Assembly: GCA_040905465.1 (NCBI GenBank)
Contig: JBBDRK010000019.1
Span: 3,028-51,604 of the forward strand
Reading direction: 5' to 3'
Length of the DNA: 48,577 nucleotides
Source of the DNA: Trueperaceae bacterium
GTDB lineage: Bacteria; Deinococcota; Deinococci; Deinococcales; Trueperaceae
The notes beneath the pieces were generated by a model. It did not search any database. It was not told the DNA's origin and saw only the letters and a program-made list of their open reading frames with translations. The position numbers and the translations under genes were made by a program. Shown here in pieces: positions 17,570-27,081 of this stretch (positions are counted from its first letter, which is position 1; each line of letters starts with the position of its first letter).

Positions 17570-18775
17570 GTGCGCCGCGTCACCCAATTAGCAGAACTGG
17601 CCTCGCAGATCACGCCCGAACCGCCGACGGCGAGTCCTCCGCGCAGGTTCTCAACCGCGACCTTCTCGAGTTATCTGCCCACTCATCCCAGTCAGGCAGA
17701 AGCATGCGGACTGGTCCGGACTTTCGCCGCCCGCTCGGGCGAGGCACGGCGGCGTTGGCTCTGGCCGTGGCTGCGCTCGTTGAGCGGGACGAGCGGCGGC
17801 GACAGTGGCGGTAACAGTGGCGGTAACAGGGTTGCGAACAGTGGTGGCGAGGTTGTTGCCGGCGACGGCATGCGAGGCGGCAGTGCCAGCGGCCTATACC
17901 TCGATGGCGGATACGGCGTAGGTAAAACGCACCTGCTGGCGGCGGCATTCCACGCCTCGACCAGCAAGGACAAGGCCTACCTGACTTTCCAGCAACTCGT
18001 TCACCTGATCGGCACGATGGGCATGGAAGCCGCGCGCGAGCGCTTCGCGAGTGTCTCGCTGCTCTGCCTCGACGAGTTCGAACTGGACGACCCGGGCAAC
18101 ACCCTCATCGTGAAGCGTTTTCTGGAGGCTCTCTTTGCAGCCGGAGGCGCCGTCATCACCACCTCGAACACGCCGCCGGAGGCACAGGGCCGCGGCCGCT
18201 TCAACGCTCAGGACTTCCGTCGCGAGATACAGGCGATCGCCGGAAGCTTCCAGGTGGTTTCGCTCGGTGGGAGCGACTACCGCCGTCGGGCACGACCGGC
18301 GGAACTCCTGAGCCCGGCCGAGCTGGCGAGCCAGTTGTCGGCTGCCCAGAATCTACAGCCCCTGACGACCGGAGAGCAGAACGCGCCGCCGGCGACGGGC
18401 GCCAGGAACCGGTCGCTGGTGACGTGCGACTTCCCCGAACTGCTCGAGGTCCTGCGCGGACTGCACCCGGTTCGCTACGGCTCGCTGCTGGACCGAATCG
18501 CGATAATATTCGTGCGTGGCGTCAAGAACTTGCCGTCGCAGAGCGACTCCCTGAGGTTCGTGCACTTCATCGACCACCTGTACGACCGACAGGTCGGCCT
18601 GCGCGCTTCGGGAACCGTTTCCCTGCCGGAGATCTTCGACGACAGCTACCGTCGCGGCGCCTATCAGAAGAAGTACGAGCGTTGCCTCTCACGACTGGGG
18701 GAGCTGCTCGAAGAACCGCTCCAGCCGGCCCTTGCCACGCCCTCTTCAACCGCGAGCGTCGAGGCCTTCGACTGA
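17570..18775 (+). CDS. zapE: Cell division ATPase ZapE (AFG1 family)
   Basis: GLYLDGGYGVGKTHLL, LCLDEFELDDPG, TTSNT, RFVHFIDHLYD, RCLSRL. TGnTAGGCT lies 6 nt before the GTG. Confidence 0.88.
   Translation: MRRVTQLAELASQITPEPPTASPPRRFSTATFSSYLPTHPSQAEACGLVRTFAARSGEARRRWLWPWLRSLSGTSGGDSGGNSGGNRVANSGGEVVAGDGMRGGSASGLYLDGGYGVGKTHLLAAAFHASTSKDKAYLTFQQLVHLIGTMGMEAARERFASVSLLCLDEFELDDPGNTLIVKRFLEALFAAGGAVITTSNTPPEAQGRGRFNAQDFRREIQAIAGSFQVVSLGGSDYRRRARPAELLSPAELASQLSAAQNLQPLTTGEQNAPPATGARNRSLVTCDFPELLEVLRGLHPVRYGSLLDRIAIIFVRGVKNLPSQSDSLRFVHFIDHLYDRQVGLRASGTVSLPEIFDDSYRRGAYQKKYERCLSRLGELLEEPLQPALATPSSTASVEAFD
17792..17851 (+). repeat. 5 x 12-bp tandem repeat (AGTGGCGGTAAC) inserted in zapE
   Basis: Encodes SGGD-SGGN-SGGN-RVAN-SGGE just before Walker A. 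Confidence 0.85.
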
Positions 18776-18868
18776 ACCGGCCTCAGGAACGAACGCCTTA
18801 GGAACAATCGAGGCCGAGCCACGCCCGGCACCGGGAACCGTCCGGACTCATCTCGACCACCGGACTCA

Positions 18869-20074
18869 TCACGACCAGCTGGCTTGGGCCGAAAGCTCCA
18901 GCATGTCGGCAGCTATCGCCGAGCTGCCTCCGGGTCCGCCGATCCGGGCCCGACCCTGCCGTCCGGCACGCTCCGCCATCGCCGGATCGTCCAGCCACCG
19001 TTGCGCCGCCTCGGCGATCGCCACAGGGTCAGCGCTCGTCACAGTCAACGCCGGTCCCAACAGCCGCTTCTGATTGGCGAGGAATGCGCTCGAATAGTAA
19101 GGCGGCACCGGGAACGCCACGACCGGCCGGCCCACAGCCACCGCCTGTTCGTTGGCGGTACCCGAAGTGCCCATGACCAACCGTGCCGCCTGCAGGACGT
19201 CGGCGAAACGATCGCGGTACACGAGAGCGCGCAACTCGCCCTTGGACAGCACGGCGATGAGGCCGCGGTCGCCCGGTTCCGGCGGCGACAACCGCCATCC
19301 GGAAGTAGCGCCGAGTTCGCCTCCGGACCAGGCAACCGCTCCCAGAGGCGTCTCGCCCGGTAACCGTTCCATCGCCGCGAGCATCAGCGCCAACGCCTCC
19401 CTGGCGTACCCCCGGCTCCCCGGAAGCATCGCCACAACACGCTGATGCCCGGCGAGGCCGTGAGGTGGCGAGCCGTCGAGTTCGTCTGCAATCGGGTTGC
19501 CCAGCGACACCGCGTGGGCAAGACCGGCGTCTCGCAGCACGGCCTCGGTGACTGGATCGCGCACATACACGCGAGACGCCCGGAAACGCATCAGCATCCG
19601 CTCTATCCAGGTGATCCGTTCCATGAATACCCTCGTGGGAATGGAAAACGCCAACCCCTCGGCGTGGTGCGCCGATACCAGGGTCTGGATGACGAACCGG
19701 CCTGGAGCGCGCACCAGGCCCGACAGGAGTTGGGCATAGACATCTCCCACAACCACCAGCATGTCGGGTCGTTGCCGCGCCAGGAAACCCAGTTGCGATG
19801 CCGTCAGTCGCAGGAAACCGGCCCGCAGGTCACCGATCAGCAGCGGCAGGCTGTGCAGAAGTAGGCCGCCCGAAGGCAGTGCCCGTCGGGGGCCGAGGCA
19901 CTCGATGCCGGCGCTCCGGTATGGCGCGCCGATCCCGACAAGCGGGAATGCCGCCACGCGCAACTCCGGCCTGATACGCAGCAAGGCCGAGGCCACCCTG
20001 GCGCCCACCACGTCCTCGCCGTGGCCGTTGGAGACGAACAACATGGTGGGAGCCGGGGGCTGGGCGCTGCTCAC
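18869..20074 (-). CDS. Lipid-A-disaccharide synthase-related GT-B protein (TIGR03492-like)
   Basis: SNGHGED, FPLVG.G, LPSGG, VGD, LGNP, LPGSR, GTANEQ. Confidence 0.8.
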   Translation of the reverse strand: MSSAQPPAPTMLFVSNGHGEDVVGARVASALLRIRPELRVAAFPLVGIGAPYRSAGIECLGPRRALPSGGLLLHSLPLLIGDLRAGFLRLTASQLGFLARQRPDMLVVVGDVYAQLLSGLVRAPGRFVIQTLVSAHHAEGLAFSIPTRVFMERITWIERMLMRFRASRVYVRDPVTEAVLRDAGLAHAVSLGNPIADELDGSPPHGLAGHQRVVAMLPGSRGYAREALALMLAAMERLPGETPLGAVAWSGGELGATSGWRLSPPEPGDRGLIAVLSKGELRALVYRDRFADVLQAARLVMGTSGTANEQAVAVGRPVVAFPVPPYYSSAFLANQKRLLGPALTVTSADPVAIAEAAQRWLDDPAMAERAGRQGRARIGGPGGSSAIAADMLELSAQASWS

Positions 20075-20083
20075 CGCACAAGT

Positions 20084-20713
20084 CTACCGGGAAGTGCCAG
20101 CTACGTTCTCCTTGTAGGCCCACAGCGCGTAGAGCGGCTCGCCGTGTTCGGGTACGAAGTGCCGCCGGTGCAACGGCCCGAAGGCGGGGACACGGTGGAA
20201 ATAGGAAGCGACCAGTCGCACGTGCGCGGAGTCATCGGACGACCGCCAGGCCAGAACGGCCTTGGACGGGAACATGCGGATCGAGAAGGCGACGACGAAA
20301 GGAGCGCCGACTCGCAGGCAGCGAGCCATGTCGGCGAATGTGTCGCCAGGACGGGTCATGTACTGGACGCTGGCGGTGCAGACGGCACCGTCGAACTCCT
20401 CGTCGGTGAACGGCAGCCGCTCGTGGCGGTTCAGGTCGAAGATCACCGGCTTATCGATTGCCTCGTTCGCGCTCAGCTCCTCGAGGTTCAGTCCCAGCCC
20501 CACTACTCGTTCGAACTTAGGGGGCAGATGCGAGGATTCCCCGGCCATCAGGTCGAGCACCCTGCCCCCGGCCGGCACTACCTCGTCGTAGAGCTCGCGC
20601 GCGCGGCGCGACGCCGCTTCGTCGAGGTGCCGCGAGGGCCGTGGTCGCTCATAGAAGAGCGAGTCAGGACGCTCGTCGAGACGGCGGAAGAACTCGGGGT
20701 AGAGGTTGCTCAT
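20084..20713 (-). CDS. Class I SAM-dependent methyltransferase
   Basis: RRLDERPDSLFYERPR, VLDLM..SSHLP, GLGLN.EEL..N, SVQYMTRP. Confidence 0.8.
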   Translation of the reverse strand: MSNLYPEFFRRLDERPDSLFYERPRPSRHLDEAASRRARELYDEVVPAGGRVLDLMAGESSHLPPKFERVVGLGLNLEELSANEAIDKPVIFDLNRHERLPFTDEEFDGAVCTASVQYMTRPGDTFADMARCLRVGAPFVVAFSIRMFPSKAVLAWRSSDDSAHVRLVASYFHRVPAFGPLHRRHFVPEHGEPLYALWAYKENVAGTSR

Positions 20714-20791
20714 GACCCTAAGCATGGGGTCCTGCCGGAAGCGTGGGCAGCAAGCTATCCGACATTTCCAGCCGCTCCTGGACGCGCTTCT

Positions 20792-21679
20792 TCAATCGCC
20801 GTCGTCGAGCCGGGGGCGCGCGCCCCAACCGAGCTTGTGACGCAGTACGTCGAAATAGGTGAGACGCCCGGGACTGACCAGCAACAGGTCGGTCGGCGCT
20901 GCGCGCACCGTGAAACGGTCGCCCTGGCCGAGGTCCAATCGCTCCTGGCCGTCCACCACCAGGGCCAGCTCCCCTATGTCGCTGAGAACCTCGATCGACA
21001 CCTGAGAGTCACCCTCGATGACGATTGGCCGGTTGGTGAGCGAATGGGCCGCTATCGGCGTGATCACGAACGCGCGCAGTCCCTGACCGAGGATCGGACC
21101 GCCCAGCGACAGCGAGTAGGCTGTCGAACCGGTGGGCGTGGACACCACCAGACCGTCCGCCCGGTACTCGGTGGCGTGCAGGCCGTCTACCTCCATGCCG
21201 ATCTCGATCAGGCGGGTCATGACGCCCTGGGAAACTATCACGTCGTTCAGGGCGAAACGGGGTTCTTCCGCCCCGTTGAGGTTGAGTTGCAGCATCATCT
21301 TGGGGCTGAGCCGCCAGCCTTGGGGCGGCGAGCCGTCCAGGTAGGCGAGGACGTCCTCGAACCGGTGTTCGGCCAGGAAGCCGAGCTTGCCCAGGTTTAC
21401 CCCGACCACCGGTACCTGGCACCCCACCAGGCGGCGCGCGGTTCCCAGTAGAGTGCCGTCCCCGCCCACGGCGACGACAAGATCCGCCCCCTCGACGAGC
21501 TGCTGAAGCGGGAGTACCCCATCGTAATCGGACAACACCTCGACGCCCAGGCGTTCGGCGGACGCCGCCAACCTGCGTGCCAACTCCTGGGCACGCGGCT
21601 TGTAGTGGGTGCTGGTGAGCACCACTTTGCGGAGTGCGGCGGGTTGCAGCGGGAACGGCCGCTCGCCGGGCAAGGTCAT
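20792..21679 (-). CDS. nadK: NAD(+) kinase
   Basis: GGDGT, NLGKLGFL, ALND, DGLVVSTPTGSTAYSLSLGGP. Confidence 0.95.
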   Translation of the reverse strand: MTLPGERPFPLQPAALRKVVLTSTHYKPRAQELARRLAASAERLGVEVLSDYDGVLPLQQLVEGADLVVAVGGDGTLLGTARRLVGCQVPVVGVNLGKLGFLAEHRFEDVLAYLDGSPPQGWRLSPKMMLQLNLNGAEEPRFALNDVIVSQGVMTRLIEIGMEVDGLHATEYRADGLVVSTPTGSTAYSLSLGGPILGQGLRAFVITPIAAHSLTNRPIVIEGDSQVSIEVLSDIGELALVVDGQERLDLGQGDRFTVRAAPTDLLLVSPGRLTYFDVLRHKLGWGARPRLDDGD

Positions 21680-22338
21680 CGCCCGTCGCCTCCCGGCAAG
21701 CGTCCCAGCACCTGCTCGACCACCTGATCCAGCCTCAGGCCCCCGGTGTCGATGACCAGCGCATCCGGGGCCCGCATCAGTCGGCCTGCGTCCATTTCGT
21801 CGCGACGCTGCAACGCCGTGGTGACCGACTCGAGGTCGGCACTGCGCTCACCCAACCGGCGCCTGGCGCGAACCGCGGCAGGCGCGGTGAGATAGAACTT
21901 GTGCTCGGCGTTGGGGAACACGACCGTGCCCATGTCCCGGCCCTCCACCACGAACGGCTCGTCGATCTCCCGCAGGCGCGCATTCACCCAGGAACGAACC
22001 TCCAGGTGGCCGGCGACCAGCGACACCGCCTCATCAACCTCGTCGGTGTGCAGTTCAGCGGTGGCATCTCCGCCGTCGATGTGCAGCCGATTTCCATGTA
22101 CGTCCGGCACCAGCAAGACATCGCGGGCGTTCAGCTCGCGCAGGATCGATGCCGAAGTCGCGGTATCGCAGCGCGCTTCGAGCGCCACGAACGTCGCGGC
22201 GCGATAGAGAAGCCCGCTCGAAACGAAAGGCACGCCGACTCGGTCCGCGACCAGGCGAGCCACCGTCGACTTTCCCGAAGCAGCCGGACCATCTATCGTG
22301 ACAACGCTCCTGACCGCGCCCGAAGTGTGAGCGCTCAT
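21676..22338 (-). CDS. cmk: Cytidylate kinase
   Basis: IDGPAASGKST, SGLLYRA, EGRDMGTVVFP, RRD. TATGAT lies 6 nt before ATG 22338. Confidence 0.95.
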   Translation of the reverse strand: MSAHTSGAVRSVVTIDGPAASGKSTVARLVADRVGVPFVSSGLLYRAATFVALEARCDTATSASILRELNARDVLLVPDVHGNRLHIDGGDATAELHTDEVDEAVSLVAGHLEVRSWVNARLREIDEPFVVEGRDMGTVVFPNAEHKFYLTAPAAVRARRRLGERSADLESVTTALQRRDEMDAGRLMRAPDALVIDTGGLRLDQVVEQVLGRLPGGDGR

Positions 22339-22345
22339 CGGGCGA

Positions 22346-23647
22346 TCATAGCGCCGACCCGCTGGTGGCCAGGGAGCGCAGGTCCGCGAAGAATCCCGGA
22401 TAGGTCTTTGCCACACAGCTGGGCTCGGTGATCTCCGTTCCGGACAGCCTCAGGCCGGCCACGGCGAAAGCCATGGCCATCCGATGATCGCCGTAAGTCT
22501 CCACCCGCGCGGGACGCGGCTGGTCCGACGGCTCGATCAGGAGGCCGTCCCGGCGCTCGTCGACCCGCGCCCCGAACTTCCGCAACTCGTTGGCCAGCGC
22601 CTGCAGCCTGTCGGTCTCCTTGATCCGCAGGTTCCATACGTTGGCTATCTCCACCGGAGTGTCGGCGAACAGCGCCAGCACCGCAAGTGTCTGCGCCTGG
22701 TCAGGGAAGTCGTTGAGGTCGAAAGTGCCTCCATGCAGAACCCGGTTCGCCGGCCCTCTCACCTCGCACCAGTCGTCCCCCCAGGCCACGGCGCAGCCCA
22801 TTGCCTCGAGCACGTCGGCCAGGCGCCGGTCCCCCTGTGAAGACTTCCTGCCGAGGTTGCTTACGCGAACTCGCCCGCCGGTAACCGCGGCGGCAGCCCA
22901 GAAGTAGCCGGCGGCCATGGCGTCGCCTTCGACCTGGAACGAACGACCTCGGTAGCGACCGGTCGGCACACTGAAACGGTTGTAGCCTTCACGGCGCACG
23001 TCGACGCCGAAGTCGGCCATCAGGCAGACGGTCATGTCTACGAACGGTTTCGACTGCAACTCGCCGGTCACCTCGATGGTCGTCTGGGATAGCGCGTAAG
23101 GGGCTACCAGGAGCAAGCCGGAGAGGAACTGCGAGGAGCGGTCGCCGGCAACCGCCACCCTGCCGCCCGTGAGGCCGTTGGCGTCGATCCGGATCGGCGG
23201 GCAATCGTTGCCGGCCAGGGACACCGCCTGCGCACCCAGCGCCGACAGCGCCGCCAGCAGATCGCCGATCGGTCGCTCGCGCATGCGCTCGTTTCCGTCG
23301 AGCTCGTAACGTCCCCGTCCGAGAGCCACCAGCGCCGCCAGGAACCGAATCGAGGTGCCCGACAGTCGCAGGTCCAGCCTGGCCCCCGCGGCCGGAACCC
23401 GGCCACCTGCGCCGTCGATGCGAACGGTGGTTCCGCTGTCGGTCAGTTCGAATCCGAGCTCAGCGAGGGCGCGCTTCATTACTTCGGTATCCTCGGCAAC
23501 CAATGCCCCTTCGAGGCTGGTCTGGCCCTGTGCCAGCGCCGCGATGACGAGCGCCCGGTTGGTAAGGCTTTTTGAACCCGGCACTGACATCTCGAACGAG
23601 GGCCGGTCGGTTGTGGGAACGATCAAGCTGTCTGAGTCCGGCTGCAT
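22346..23647 (-). CDS. aroA: 3-phosphoshikimate 1-carboxyvinyltransferase (EPSP synthase)
   Basis: PGSKSLTNRAL, SGTSIRF, SSQFLSGLL, RIKETDR, DHRMAM, CVAKTYP. Start taken at ATG 23647. Confidence 0.96.
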   Translation of the reverse strand: MQPDSDSLIVPTTDRPSFEMSVPGSKSLTNRALVIAALAQGQTSLEGALVAEDTEVMKRALAELGFELTDSGTTVRIDGAGGRVPAAGARLDLRLSGTSIRFLAALVALGRGRYELDGNERMRERPIGDLLAALSALGAQAVSLAGNDCPPIRIDANGLTGGRVAVAGDRSSQFLSGLLLVAPYALSQTTIEVTGELQSKPFVDMTVCLMADFGVDVRREGYNRFSVPTGRYRGRSFQVEGDAMAAGYFWAAAAVTGGRVRVSNLGRKSSQGDRRLADVLEAMGCAVAWGDDWCEVRGPANRVLHGGTFDLNDFPDQAQTLAVLALFADTPVEIANVWNLRIKETDRLQALANELRKFGARVDERRDGLLIEPSDQPRPARVETYGDHRMAMAFAVAGLRLSGTEITEPSCVAKTYPGFFADLRSLATSGSAL

Positions 23648-23781
23648 ACCGCGGCAGAATACCACCAGCCGCGGGCGGCTTTCGGCGACCGTGTCGCACC
23701 TGTCGACCGCTGCCCTCGCCACCTGCTAGAATTCATGGGTTATCGGCGCGCCAGCGAAACGGCGGCGCCAGGAGGCCAGGC

Positions 23782-24000
23782 ATGAAGAAGGACATTCACC
23801 CGAAGATGGTGCCGTGCAAGATCTACTGCAACGGCGAAGTAGTGCTCGAAACGTACAGCACCAAGCCGGAGATGACAGTCGACGTATGGTCGGGCAACCA
23901 CCCGTTCTACACCGGCCAGCAGCGGTTCATCGACACCGAAGGGCGCGTCGAGAAGTTTCAGAAGCGCTTCGGCGAATCCTACCGGCGCGCCAAGAAGTAA
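23782..24000 (+). CDS. rpmE: 50S ribosomal protein L31
   Basis: MKKDIHP...HPFYTGQQRFIDTEGRVEKF. SD AGGAGG. TAGAAT -10 at 23727. Confidence 0.97.
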   Translation: MKKDIHPKMVPCKIYCNGEVVLETYSTKPEMTVDVWSGNHPFYTGQQRFIDTEGRVEKFQKRFGESYRRAKK

Positions 24001-24031
24001 GCGTCCCGACACTAAAGCGATTCGTGGCATT

Positions 24032-24064
24032 GCCGCGGCCCTCTCTGAGGAGTCCGCGGCTTTC
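24032..24064. terminator. Hairpin terminator between convergent rpmE and the kinase gene
   Basis: GCCGCGG...CCGCGGC stem followed by TTTC. Confidence 0.6.
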
Positions 24065-25928
24065 ATTCGGGAACGCTGGCGATGACGGTAGTGCCCGAAC
24101 CGGGGGCACTCTCTAGCTGCAAGCGTCCGCCACGCGCCTCCACTCGCTCGCGCATCTGCCGCAGGCCGAGGCCGCCGGCGCTGGTCACCCGGTCCGATAC
24201 CGTGGCAAGGTCGAACCCGCGGCCGTCGTCACGCACCCGAACGAACGCCTGTCCGTCCGCCTCACGGCCAACGGACACCGTTACCCGGCGGGCAGCCGCG
24301 TGCTTGGCAACATTGTTCATCGCCTCCTGGAATATGCGGAACAGCACCGCTTCCGCCTTGGTGGTGAGCAGCGGGATCTCATGCTCTTCGAGTTCGACCT
24401 GCATCTCGTTCTGCTGTCCGTAGTCGGCCAGGTAGCGACGCAAGGTCTCCATGAAGCCGTGCCGTTCCAGTTCGACCGGACGGAGTGCGAAGATCGACCT
24501 GCGAACCTCCTTGATCGTCTCGCGGATGGTGGCTCGGGTGGAAGACACCTCGGCGGCCGCCTTGGCCGGGTCACTCGGCAGCAGCCGGTCCACCAGGTCG
24601 AGCTTCAGTGCCGCGAAGGCCAGCGATTGGGCGACGCCGTCGTGGATCTCCCGGGCGATGCGTGCCCGTTCCTCGGCGATCGCCAGTTCCTCCGACTGCA
24701 GGTAGGCGCGGGCGTTGCGCACCGCCAGGCTGACCTGACCGGCCAGCAGCCCCAGGAACGGCAGCGCAGTTTCGTCGAAGTGCGTCTTCTCGCCGTGAGC
24801 CAGCACCACCACTCCCAGGAGGACTCCTTCGCCCAGCAGCGGCAGCGCCACGGCCGAGCCCGCGTCGACCAGGAACGGGCTGCCGGTGGCGCGATCTCGC
24901 GCTTCGACCGACTTCAGGATCCGCGGTTCGCGCGAGGCGGCAACCGAGCCTGCCAAACCCGTGCCGATTTTCAGCGAACGCGACGGAGTCCCGCCCATGA
25001 GTCCGTGCGCCGACCGCAGATGAAGCAGACCGTCGTCATCCAGCAGGTAGACCCCGCCCGACTCGGCTGAAACGCGCGCCACCATGTGCACGAGAAGCGT
25101 ATCCAATAGCCGTTCCAGGTTGCCCTCGGCCCGGATGCTCCGGTCGACTTCGAATAGCGTCACCAGGTCCCTGGTACGCGAGCTGCCGGCCTCGGCGGCG
25201 GCCGAGAATTCGGAGGCGAGGATTCCGAAGCTCTCGCGCTCCTTGGCGCTCGGCGGGTAAGCGTAATAGGCGTGAACGCTCCCCGCCGCATTGCCCGCCC
25301 ACACCAGTCGCGAGGAGAGTACCCAGTGCCGCTCACCGGCCACCTCGACCTCCTCCGGCAACGCCCGGCCGTCCAGCATTGCCCGGCCACGCTTCATGCC
25401 GTGCTCGCGCAGGAGGTCGCCGAGTCCGAAGTCGCTGGTAAGCTCGCTGCCGCTCGCGCCCAGCATGACCAAGGCTCCAGTAGCGCCCGAAACGTCGGTG
25501 ATGCCGCGGGACGCGGTCGACAGGGCGGTCTCGAGATCGGGCGCCGCCACGAACCGCTCCGTCACCCCCTGGATCGCCCCGAGGAGCTCGTGACTGGCCT
25601 GCAATTCCCGATAGAGCCGAGCCATCTCGTCCTGGGCTTCTTCGCGCAGGTGTACCTCTCCGGCGATCCAGCTCAGGGTTACGAAGGTAACCGCTGGTCC
25701 CAGAATCGCATAGAAGAGCAGTTGCGCCCAAAATCGCCAGGTTTCGCTGCCCAACGGCACTATCGCCAGCTGGTGTACCAGCACCACGCCCACGATAGTT
25801 ACCGGCAGCCAGAACCGGGCAAGCTTGACCTGCTGGTAGAGGCTGGCGGCAGGCGCCCGGCGGCGAGTCGCCGATCCGCTATTCTCCGCCTCGTGAGCGC
25901 GCTCATCGACCCGAGTCGCTTCCATCAC
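24063..25928 (-). CDS. Membrane GAF-domain sensor histidine kinase (HisKA_3/NarX type)
   Basis: 2 TM segments and GAF domains. H-box EERARIAREIHD, QEAMNNVAKHA, DDGRGF, GLGL. Confidence 0.9.
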   Translation of the reverse strand: MMEATRVDERAHEAENSGSATRRRAPAASLYQQVKLARFWLPVTIVGVVLVHQLAIVPLGSETWRFWAQLLFYAILGPAVTFVTLSWIAGEVHLREEAQDEMARLYRELQASHELLGAIQGVTERFVAAPDLETALSTASRGITDVSGATGALVMLGASGSELTSDFGLGDLLREHGMKRGRAMLDGRALPEEVEVAGERHWVLSSRLVWAGNAAGSVHAYYAYPPSAKERESFGILASEFSAAAEAGSSRTRDLVTLFEVDRSIRAEGNLERLLDTLLVHMVARVSAESGGVYLLDDDGLLHLRSAHGLMGGTPSRSLKIGTGLAGSVAASREPRILKSVEARDRATGSPFLVDAGSAVALPLLGEGVLLGVVVLAHGEKTHFDETALPFLGLLAGQVSLAVRNARAYLQSEELAIAEERARIAREIHDGVAQSLAFAALKLDLVDRLLPSDPAKAAAEVSSTRATIRETIKEVRRSIFALRPVELERHGFMETLRRYLADYGQQNEMQVELEEHEIPLLTTKAEAVLFRIFQEAMNNVAKHAAARRVTVSVGREADGQAFVRVRDDGRGFDLATVSDRVTSAGGLGLRQMRERVEARGGRLQLESAPGSGTTVIASVPE

Positions 25929-26055
25929 GCTCCATTGTACGGAGGCGGGCGGTGGCCGGGCACTCTCCCCCCGACAGGCTGTGCAGCCCCGTCCCCGAAT
26001 CGTCCACGCGGAAGTTTTTACCGGCGGGGGCGCAATCCTCGGCTAAGCTTAGGAG

Positions 26056-27039
26056 ATGCCGAGACTCCTCGCGGCGGTCGTCGCGGCCCTCCACAGGACC
26101 GTGTTCCGCGCAACCATTCGTGCCCCCAGGCGGTCTGTTGCCGTCGTCGCCACCCTGTTTGCCGCCCTGTTCGCCGTCGTGGCCGCCGTGCTGCTCGCCT
26201 GCGCACCCCGCGAGCAGGGGACCGAACGGCTCGCCCTGGTCGGCTCCTGGTCGGTCTCCCCGGAGAACAGAGTCTCGCCCGGTTGCCGGGACGGCGACGG
26301 TTCCGCTCCGACCAGCGTTGCCGTGCGCGGCCGCGAACGAGCTTTCATCGCCCGCATTCCCGAGACCTATACCGCGAACGCGCCACACGATCTGGTAGTC
26401 GCATTTCACGGCCGAACCAATCCGAACAGCCAGGTGCGAGGTTACTTCGACCTTGACGAGGCTCTTCCCGAAGCCATCATCCTCTACCCCAGCGCCCTTG
26501 CCATGGAAGGCGGCTATCGCTGGTCCGACCCGGGCGACCTGCCCGCGGAGCTTCGCGACTACGCCCTTCTCGATGCGCTCCTCGTAGCCTTCGGTAGCGA
26601 GCTGTGCCTGGATCTCGACCGCATCTTCGTGGTCGGGCACTCGCTGGGAGCATCGTTCGCCAACAGCGTGGCCTGCCACCGCGGGCAGGTGGTTCGGGCG
26701 GTGGCCAGCGTTGCCGGCGGGATCGACGCGGCAAACTGCGACGGCGGCGCCGCTGCACTGGTGATCCACCATCCCGAGGACAGGCTGGTGCCGATCCGCG
26801 AGGGCGAGCGGGCACGCGACGCCTTCCTGGCGGCCAACGACCTTCCTCCGGAGCCGCTGCCGGCCAGCGAACCGGAGCTTCTGGCCCTCGGTTGTGTCCG
26901 CTACGGCCCCGATTCTCCCGATCCGGTGATCTGGTGCGAGCACGAGGACGCCACGACCTTCGGCGGGCGCTACTACCCACACAACTGGCCCGACGCCGCG
27001 CCGCTCGCCATCGCACGATTCTTCCGCGATCTGCGATGA
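26056..27039 (+). CDS. Alpha/beta-hydrolase lipoprotein (PHB depolymerase/LpqC/feruloyl esterase-like)
   Basis: Lipobox LLAC, AFHG, GHSLG nucleophile, D..VP, C-terminal HNWP. Confidence 0.8.
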   Translation: MPRLLAAVVAALHRTVFRATIRAPRRSVAVVATLFAALFAVVAAVLLACAPREQGTERLALVGSWSVSPENRVSPGCRDGDGSAPTSVAVRGRERAFIARIPETYTANAPHDLVVAFHGRTNPNSQVRGYFDLDEALPEAIILYPSALAMEGGYRWSDPGDLPAELRDYALLDALLVAFGSELCLDLDRIFVVGHSLGASFANSVACHRGQVVRAVASVAGGIDAANCDGGAAALVIHHPEDRLVPIREGERARDAFLAANDLPPEPLPASEPELLALGCVRYGPDSPDPVIWCEHEDATTFGGRYYPHNWPDAAPLAIARFFRDLR

Positions 27040-27081
27040 GGGCCGACTGCCCGCGGCGGCAGCAGACGGTAGACTCGCAGC

